Shown piece after piece: positions 1 to 6,917 of a stretch of DNA of 33,580 bases. Under the pieces are notes generated by a model. That model worked only from the letters and a program-made list of their open reading frames with translations, was not told the DNA's origin and did no database searches. The position numbers were made by a program, and so were the translations under genes. The stretch comes from Guillardia theta CCMP2712 (taxonomy: Eukaryota; Protista; Cryptophyta). The stretch covers positions 1 to 33,580 of the forward strand of contig NW_005434655.1 in NCBI RefSeq assembly GCF_000315625.1. The letters are read 5' to 3'. Each line of letters opens with the position of its first letter. Position 1 is the first letter of the stretch.

Positions 1-604
1 CTCTCTTGCACTGAGTCTACGATCAGTCCGATCTCTTCAAATTTCTTCTTCAGCTTTTCTTCATCGTTGACATACACCGAGGAGATGCCCAGGAGAGTCA
101 TGGAGATGAAGGAAGTCACCTCGTTGCCTGCTGAGGCGGTGTATGTCTCGACCTTCTCCTTCTTGGCTTCTTCAATCTGCTGCATAAACCACTCTCTGGA
201 TGCGTCACTCCATCCAGTCATTGCTTCTTGTAGAAGCTCACGTCGTGCCTGCTGACATGTCGAGCGGATGGCTTCTGCGATAGCGTCGGGGGTGCATCCC
301 TCCACAGCCTTGCAAGCCTGGGCTGTCCTGCTGTTCGGATAACGCTTCGCGAAGCTCTTCACCCTCTCGACGAGATCAGCTTCGAGGACAGAGGCATCCA
401 CAAGTCCGCTCTGCGTGTATTGGCATGATCTCCGATACAGCAGGTTGCGAACATTTTCATCATACTGAAGAACCATACTTAGAAAGCTATTTGAAGTATA
501 CAAACCTCTTGCTTGCAGCTTCCTTGGCGCCCTGGCGGCTTCCCCTACACCTGACGAGGAGCCATGCTGCCGAAAATAACGGCGCGCTGCCGAAAATAAC
601 GGCG
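1..604 (-). mobile_element. Telomere-embedded element, copy 1 (partial: only the 5' end and ORF N-terminal part are in the window)
   Basis: 1-550 is near-identical to ~2693-3281 and ~5675-6222. It ends in two diverged monomers (gccgaaaataacggcg) joined directly to cctaaa repeats. Confidence 0.85.
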
Positions 605-640
605 CCTAAACCCTAAACCCTAAACCCTAAACCCTAAACC
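605..640 (+). repeat. Telomeric tract (CCCTAAA)~5 between copies 1 and 2
   Basis: Read directly: cctaaa(ccctaaa)4cc. Confidence 0.97.
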
Positions 641-822
641 ATATTTATTATTATTATTATGTGAGTTTATTAGAATGCTAGAATGTTGCTTGGCCTCGTT
701 GTGGGCTTTTGCAATTTGATCCTAGTCTAAAGAGGCGCTCGAGCACTGGGAGTACACGGCCTACAATGCGAACCCTGCTTCTGAGGCGTCTTTCTACTCT
801 CTACTTCTGCTGTCTTCTCTTG

Positions 823-1035
823 GCTTCCTCAGCCTCAGTCAGGAGAGTTGCCTCTCCTCACCTTGGCCTTCGGTCGCCACCTACTCTACCTCCATTCAGC
901 TTCCTCAGCCTCAGTCAGAAGAGTTGCCTCTCCTCACCTTGGCCTTCGGTCGCCACCTACTCGTCTCCATTCAGCTTCCTCAGCCTCAGTCAGGAGAGTT
1001 GCCTCTCCTCACCTTGGCCTTCGGTCGCCTCCTAC
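823..1035. repeat. Three 75-76 bp tandem repeats in the 3' UTR of copy 2
   Basis: Units start at 823, 899 and 974 (gcttcctcagcctcagtcaggagagttgcctctcctcaccttggccttcggtcgc...). Confidence 0.92.
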
Positions 1036-1060
1036 CTTCTCTCCTTACCTTGAGCTCAGC

Positions 1061-3208
1061 TCAAGCTCGGTACGGGCTCGCCCCGTCTTCTTCCTCGCCC
1101 TCGCCTTGCTCTTCCTCCATGTCTTCCTCTTCTTCGTCATCTTCCCTCATCTCCACTCGCAGTCGGTCCTTCTTGTCCACCTTCAGCGAGCAGGCCAGCA
1201 CATGCATCTCTGCGAATTTACTCAGTGCTATGAACAGGAAGCTAAGAGATCGACGCTCTATGTCGTCGCTCTCCGCCTCCTGCTCAAGCTCAGCAGCTGC
1301 CGTTGCCCGTGGCGAGAACGCGCTGCCCCTCCTTGCCTTCTTGCTGTCTCCTTGCACGCGAGTCCAGCGCTTGCTCTGCAGCCACTTCCCCAGCTTCTCC
1401 TTGAGAACGTTGCGTCCCACTCCCTGCTCCTCTGGCATCTTCGCCCACTCTCCCAGCGACATGAACTCCAGGCTCCCCGGAGAGTAGAACGTGTCGTGGA
1501 GGTTGCCAACGGCCTTGTCCAGGACCAGCTTGATCGGCTCGCTCGTCCCTGCCTCGTTCAAAGAAGCTGCATCTTCGATGACTGCTGACAGCTCGCTGAC
1601 GAGCTGCATGTCCTCTTGGCTTGACGGAGATGCTGCCTCCATTGTGATCCTCTCCAGGTCTGTAAACTCCAGCCACTCTCCCTCGCTCTCCTCCTGTCGC
1701 TGCGCTGCGTCGCGTCGCTGGTGCCCCGCTGACCAGCCGCCTCAGGCTCCTTGTCGAAGCCGACTGCTTCGAGCTTGGTTGCTGCGCCTTCGAGATAGAA
1801 GGGCAGCTCCTTCATCATGCATCGAGCATCCTCCGTGGAGCCGAGGAGGATGCATAGCTTGGACCCGTTCCAGGACTTGGTGTTCAAATCCTCCTCCATG
1901 TCGATGCCTTCAACTTTGATCTCGAGCCTGTTAGCGATCTCCAACAAGACTCTCTTGACTCTTGCGATAGACGTGTTGCCGCCGTTGCACAGCCCCTCCA
2001 TCTCCTTCCTCGTGAAGCGACCAGATGCCGCCGTCGACTTGATGATGATCTTGATCTCCTTGCCGTCCTTGCCGCCTGCCTTCTTCTGCAGTCTTGATGC
2101 CTTCTTCAACTTATTTCTGGACACAAAGCGATCAGCTGTCAACTCGACTGCGAGCGCCTCTCTGATCTTCGGGTCCTCGCTGAACAGAGTCAGGTGTACT
2201 CCCTCCATCGCTTCGCTCTCTCGGAAAGCTCGAAATGCTGTATCATTCGCCTCTGGGCAGCTCGAGGAGACGATCCACTCCACCTCCCTCTGTCTCCAGA
2301 TGACGTTGGCCCCTACAGCGATGAAGCCTTTCTGACCTAAGCCTTTGTGGACTTGCTGGCCTGGCGCCCCAGCGACCAGCATGCCTGCCAGCGGCTGGAG
2401 TTGGACCGCTGCAAGGGACTGGCGCAGCAGCTGATAGCGATAGACGGCAGCTATCTCAGCCGTTGTCATGCCGCCCAAGGTTAGCAGGTGAGTCAGCTCT
2501 GCCAAGCTGCCCCCTTTGCCCCAGGGTCCTCTCTTGGCTCGAATCTTGAAAGATCGATCGTGCACGATGCTCACATGTACAGCTGTGAACTTGCGACCAT
2601 CGATCGCGAAGTCCTCTCTTCCCTGCCAGAGCTTCTCCGCTTGTGCATTGCGGAGGAAGGAAACAGTCACCGGGATCTCCTCAGCACTCGCTATCTCGGG
2701 TCTATACGGAGCCTTCCACATGATTGCTTTACTCTCTTGCACTGAGTCTACGACCAGTCCGATCTCTTCGAATTTCTTCTTCAGCTTTTCTTCATGGTTG
2801 ACATACACCGAGGAGATGCCCAGGAGAGTCATGGAGATGAAGGAAGTCACCTCGTTGCCTGCTGAGGCGGTGTATGTCTCGACCTTCTCCTTCTTGGCTT
2901 CTTCAATCTGCTGCATAAACCACTCTCTGGATGCGTCACTCCATCCAGTCATCGCTTCTTGTAGAAGCTCACGTCGTGCCTGCTGACATGTCGAGCGGAT
3001 GGCTTCTGCGATAGCGTCGGGGGTGCATCCCTCCACAGCCTTGCAAGCCTGAGCTGTCCTGCTGTTCGGATAACGCTTCGCGAAGCTCTTCACCCTCTCG
3101 ACGAGGTCAGCTTCGAGGACAGAGGCATCCACAAGTCCGCTCTGCGTGTATTGGCAAGATCTCCGATACAGCAGGTTGCGAACATTTTCATCATACTGAA
3201 GAACCATA
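1061..3208 (-). pseudogene. Frameshifted copy of the element ORF1-like protein
   Basis: Split into track ORFs 1558..3234 and 1061..1642. Relative to copy 3 there is a 5-nt duplication (cgcgt, ~1711-1715) and a 6-nt deletion (gagtca, after ~1744). This could be real or an assembly error. Confidence 0.75.
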
Positions 3209-3299
3209 CTTAGAAAGCTATTTGACGTATACAAACCTCTCGCTTGCAGCTTCCTTGGCGCCCTGGCGGCTTCCCCTACACCACGCGTGCAGCCATGGT

Positions 3300-3537
3300 G
3301 CCTGAAATAACCGGCGCTTTTCCATGGTGCCTGAAATAACCGGCGCTGCCTGAAATAACCGGCGCTGCCTGAAATAACCGGCGCTGCCTGAAATAACCGG
3401 CGCTGCCTGAAATAACCGGCGCTGCCTGAAATAACCGGCGCTGCCTGAAATAACCGGCGCTGCCTGAAATAACCGGCGCTGCCTGAAATAACCGGCGCTG
3501 CCTGAAATAACCGGCGCTGCCTGAAATAACCGGCGCT
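3300..3537. repeat. 19-bp monomer array (gcctgaaataaccggcgct) x12 at the 5' end of copy 2
   Basis: One unit at 3300-3318, spacer tttccatggt, then 11 perfect units at 3329-3537. Confidence 0.95.
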
Positions 3538-3590
3538 CCTAAACCCTAAACCCTAAACCCTAAACCCTAAACCCTAAACCCTAAACCCTA
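3538..3590 (+). repeat. Telomeric tract (CCCTAAA)~7.5 between copies 2 and 3
   Basis: Read directly. Confidence 0.97.
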
Positions 3591-3762
3591 TTATTATTAT
3601 GTGAGTTTATTAGAATGCTAGAATGTTGCTCGGCCTCGTTGTGGGCTTTTGCAATTTGATCCTAGTCTAAAGAGGCGCTCGAGCACTGGGAGTACACGGC
3701 CTACAATGCGAACCCTGCTTCTGAGGCGTCTTTCTACTCTCTACTTCTGCTGTCTTCTCTTG

Positions 3763-3976
3763 GCTTGCTCAGCCTCAGTCAGGAGAGTTGCCTCTCCTCA
3801 CCTTGGCCTTCGGTCGCCACCTACTCTACCTCCATTCAGCTTCCTCAGCCTCAGTCAGGAGAGTTGCCTCTCCTCACCTTGGCCTTCGGTCGCTACCTAC
3901 TCCTCCTCCATTCAGCTTCCTCAGCCTCAGTCAGGAGAGTTGCCTCTCCTCACCTTGGCCTTCGGTCGCCTCCTAC
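3763..3976. repeat. Three 76-bp tandem repeats in the 3' UTR of copy 3
   Basis: Units start at 3763, 3839 and 3915. Confidence 0.92.
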
Positions 3977-4001
3977 CTTCTCTCCTTACCTTGAGCTCAG
4001 C

Positions 4002-6149
4002 TCAAGCTCGGTACGGGCTCGCCCTGTCTTCTTCCTCGCCCTCGCCTTGCTCTTCCTCCATGTCTTCCTCTTCTTCGTCATCTTCCCTCATCTCCACTCG
4101 CAGTCGGTCCTTCTTGTCCACCTTCAGCGAGCAGGCCAGCACATGCATCTCTGCGAATTTACTCAGTGCTATGAACAGGAAGCTAAGAGATCGACGCTCT
4201 ATGTCATCGCTCTCCGCCTCCTGCTCAAGCTCAGCAGCTGCCGTTGCCCGTGGCGAGAACGCGCTGCCCCTCCTTGCCTTCTTGCTCTCTCCTTGCACGC
4301 GAGTCCAGCGCTTGCTCTGCAGCCACTTCCCCAGCTTCTCCTTGAGAACGTTGCGCCCAACTCCCTGCTCCTCTGGCATCTTCGCCCACTCTCCCAGCGA
4401 CATGAACTCCAGGCTCCCCGGAGAGTAGAAGGTGTCGTGGAGGTTGCCAACGGCCTTGTCCAGGACCAGCTTGATCGGCTCGCTCGTCCCCGCCTCGTTC
4501 AAAGAAGCTGCATCTTCGATGACTGCTGACAGCTCGCTGACGAGCTGCATGTCCTCTTGGCTTGACGGAGATGCTGCCTCCATTGTGATCCTCTCCAGGT
4601 CTGTAAACTCCAGCCACTCTCCCTCGCTCTCCTCCTGTCGCTGCGCTGCGTCGCTGGTGCCCCGCTGACCAGCCGCCTCAGAGTCAGGCTCCTTGTCGAA
4701 GCCGACTGCTTCGAGCTTGGTTGCTGCGCCTTCGAGATAGAAGGGCAGCTCCTTCATCATGCGTCGAGCATCCTCCGTGGAGCCGAGGAGGATGCATAGC
4801 TTGGACCCGTTCCAGGACTTGGTGTTCAAATCCTCCTCCATGTCGATGCCTTCAACTTTGATCTCGAGCCTGTTAGCGATCTCCAACAAGACTCTCTTGA
4901 CTCTTGCGATGGACGTGTTGCCGCCGTTGCACAGCCCCTCCATCTCCTTCCTCGTGAAGCGACCAGATGCCGCCGTCGACTTGATGATGATCTTGATCTC
5001 CTTGCCGTCCTTGCCGCCTGCCTTCTTCTGCAGTCTTGATGCCTTCTTCAACTTATTTCTGGACACAAAGCGATCAGCTGTCAACTCGACTGCGAGCGCC
5101 TCTCTGATCTTCGGGTCCTCGCTGAACAGAGTCAGGTGTACTCCCTCCATCGCTTCGCTCTCTCGGAAAGCTCGAAATGCTGTATCATTCGCCTCTGGGC
5201 AGCTCGAGGAGACGATCCACTCCACCTCCCTCTGTCTCCAGATGACGTTGGCCCCTACAGCGATGAAGCCTTTCTGACCTAAGCCTTTGTGGACTTGCTG
5301 TCCTGGCGCCCCAGCGACCAGCATGCCTGCCAGCGGCTGGAGTTGGACCGCTGCAAGGGACTGGCGCAGCAGCTGATAGCGATAGACGGCAGCTATCTCA
5401 GCCGTTGTCATGCCGCCCAAGGTTAGCAGGTGAGTCAGCTCTGCCAAGCTGCCCCCTTTGCCCCAGGGTCCTCTCTTGGCTCGAATCTTGAAAGATCGAT
5501 CGTGCACGATGCTCACATGTACAGCTGTGAACTTGCGACCATCGATCGCGAAGTCCTCTCTTCCCTGCCAGAGCTTCTCCGCTTGTGCATTGCGGAGGAA
5601 GGAAACAGTCACCGGGATCTCCTCAGCACTCGCTATCTCGGGTCTATACGGAGCCTTCCACATGATTGCTTTACTCTCTTGCACTGAGTCTACGATCAGT
5701 CCGATCTCTTCAAATTTCTTCTTCAGCTTTTCTTCATGGTTGACATACACCGAGGAGATGCCCAGGAGAGTCATGGAGATGAAGGAAGTCACCTCGTTGC
5801 CTGCTGAGGCGGTGTATGTCTCGACCTTCTCCTTCTTGGCTTCTTCAATCTGCTGCATAAACCACTCTCTGGATGCGTCACTCCATCCAGTCATCGCTTC
5901 TTGCAGAAGCTCACGTCGTGCCTGCTGACATGTCGAGCGGATGGCTTCTGCGATAGCGTCGGGGGTGCATCCCTCCACAGCCTTGCAAGCCTGGGCTGTC
6001 CTGCTGTTCGGATAACGCTTCGCGAAGCTCTTCACCCTCTCGACGAGATCAGCTTCGAGGACAGAGGCATCCACAAGTCCGCTCTGCGTGTATTGGCATG
6101 ATCTCCGATACAGCAGGTTGCGAACATTTTCATCATACTGAAGAACCAT
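4002..6149 (-). CDS. Element-encoded ~715-aa protein, putative ORF1-type RNA-binding protein with RRM-like segments and an acidic tail
   Basis: Uninterrupted frame 4002-6248 with first in-frame ATG at 6149 (MVLQYDEN). RRM-like pattern FISMTLLGI / EEKLKKKFEEIG / VTVSF..AQAEKLW / IDGRKFTAV, and a second one (KIIIKS...KLCILLGSTEDARRMM...KLEAV). No YxDD RT motif, CCHC knuckle or endonuclease motif seen. Domain calls are by eye. Confidence 0.75.
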   Translation of the reverse strand: MVLQYDENVRNLLYRRSCQYTQSGLVDASVLEADLVERVKSFAKRYPNSRTAQACKAVEGCTPDAIAEAIRSTCQQARRELLQEAMTGWSDASREWFMQQIEEAKKEKVETYTASAGNEVTSFISMTLLGISSVYVNHEEKLKKKFEEIGLIVDSVQESKAIMWKAPYRPEIASAEEIPVTVSFLRNAQAEKLWQGREDFAIDGRKFTAVHVSIVHDRSFKIRAKRGPWGKGGSLAELTHLLTLGGMTTAEIAAVYRYQLLRQSLAAVQLQPLAGMLVAGAPGQQVHKGLGQKGFIAVGANVIWRQREVEWIVSSSCPEANDTAFRAFRESEAMEGVHLTLFSEDPKIREALAVELTADRFVSRNKLKKASRLQKKAGGKDGKEIKIIIKSTAASGRFTRKEMEGLCNGGNTSIARVKRVLLEIANRLEIKVEGIDMEEDLNTKSWNGSKLCILLGSTEDARRMMKELPFYLEGAATKLEAVGFDKEPDSEAAGQRGTSDAAQRQEESEGEWLEFTDLERITMEAASPSSQEDMQLVSELSAVIEDAASLNEAGTSEPIKLVLDKAVGNLHDTFYSPGSLEFMSLGEWAKMPEEQGVGRNVLKEKLGKWLQSKRWTRVQGESKKARRGSAFSPRATAAAELEQEAESDDIERRSLSFLFIALSKFAEMHVLACSLKVDKKDRLRVEMREDDEEEEDMEEEQGEGEEEDRASPYRA

Positions 6150-6279
6150 ACTTAGAAAGCTATTTGAAGTATACAAACCTCTCGCTTGCAGCTTCCTTGG
6201 CGCCCTGGCAGCTTCCCCTACACCACGCGTGCAGCCATGGTGCCTCAAATAACCGGCGCTCCCTGAAATAACCGGCGCT

Positions 6280-6548
6280 CCTAAACCCTAAACCCTAAAC
6301 CCTAAACCCTAAACCCTAAACCCTAAACCCTTAACCCTAAACCCTAAACCCTAAACCCTAAACCCTAAACCCTAAACCCTAAACCCTAAACCCTAAACCC
6401 TAAACCCTAAACCCTAAACCCTAAACCCTAAACCCTAAACCCTAAACCCTAAACCCTAAACCCTTCAAATAGCTTTCTAAACCCTAAACCCTAAACCCTA
6501 AACCCTAAACCCTAAACCCTAAACCCTAAACCCTAAACCCTAAACCCT
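6280..6548 (+). repeat. Long telomeric tract (CCCTAAA)n, proximal boundary of the element array
   Basis: ~270 nt of CCCTAAA with one CCCTTAA variant and one non-telomeric insert at 6463-6480. Confidence 0.98.
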
Positions 6549-6917
6549 GGCCCGTTGTCCTATAGGCCCCTTAGGCCTGGGTGCTTCCGTATTAGGTATT
6601 TTCAGTGCCGATGTCCTTCGGGCCCGTCGCAAGTCCGATCCTTATACCCTAAACCCTAAGTACCTGATACCTTCGGGTGTGATGCGGCTTCTCATCGGAG
6701 TTTCTGTTAATCAAAGTTAAGTTAAAGTCAACGGCTACTAACTAATAATCAACTACGAAAGATAGTGGGAGAACATATGAAGTGTGAGTAATGAAGGGGT
6801 TCCCTACAATCTTGGCAGAGGGAAGGGATTGGTTGCAGCATTGAGTAAACTGCTCCAATCCATGTTGCTGACTCATGTTGCTTGGATTCTAACTTCTCAT
6901 CCGTGACAACATCTTGG

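Larger units (their letters stand above)
641..3537 (-). mobile_element. Telomere-embedded element, copy 2 (full length, frameshifted ORF)
   Basis: Bounded by an (ATT)n tail at 641-660 and the 19-bp monomer array ending at 3537. Flanked on both sides by CCCTAAA tracts and collinear with copy 3 at a 2940-bp offset (gtgagttt at 661 vs 3601). Confidence 0.88.
3590..6279 (-). mobile_element. Telomere-embedded element, copy 3 (full length, intact ORF)
   Basis: (ATT)n tail at 3590-3600, 3' UTR repeats at 3763-3976, ORF at 4002-6149, two 19-bp monomers at 6242-6279. Telomeric repeats flank both sides. Confidence 0.9.

Noticed and set aside
545-580. Hammerhead-like core on the + strand: CTGACGA-ggagc-cat-gctgcc-GAAA
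   Set aside because: Present only in copy 1 (copies 2 and 3 read ccacgcgtgcagccatggtgcctgaaa). Stems I and III cannot be closed canonically. Likely chance or low-quality sequence.
823-1035. Hammerhead ribozyme in the 3' UTR repeats (CTGAGGA on the minus strand)
   Set aside because: The partner motif is GAAG rather than GAAA and no convincing stem II forms.
3300-3537. CRISPR-like array
   Set aside because: Repeats are directly adjacent with no unique spacers, the context is eukaryotic, and there are no cas genes.
67-6101. Plus-strand ORFs overlapping the elements (e.g. 848..1588, 3649..4428, 4759..5277)
   Set aside because: Ser/Leu-rich antisense shadows of the minus-strand ORF and UTR repeats; their frames are not preserved between copies in the UTR.
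4002-6248. Reverse transcriptase, telomerase or Y'-type helicase identity for the element ORF
   Set aside because: No YxDD, Walker A or DExH motif is visible.
6640-6685. Telomerase RNA template (ccctaaaccctaa plus hairpin)
   Set aside because: It lies 100 nt from the telomeric tract, so a degenerate repeat is the simpler explanation. No promoter or pseudoknot could be supported.
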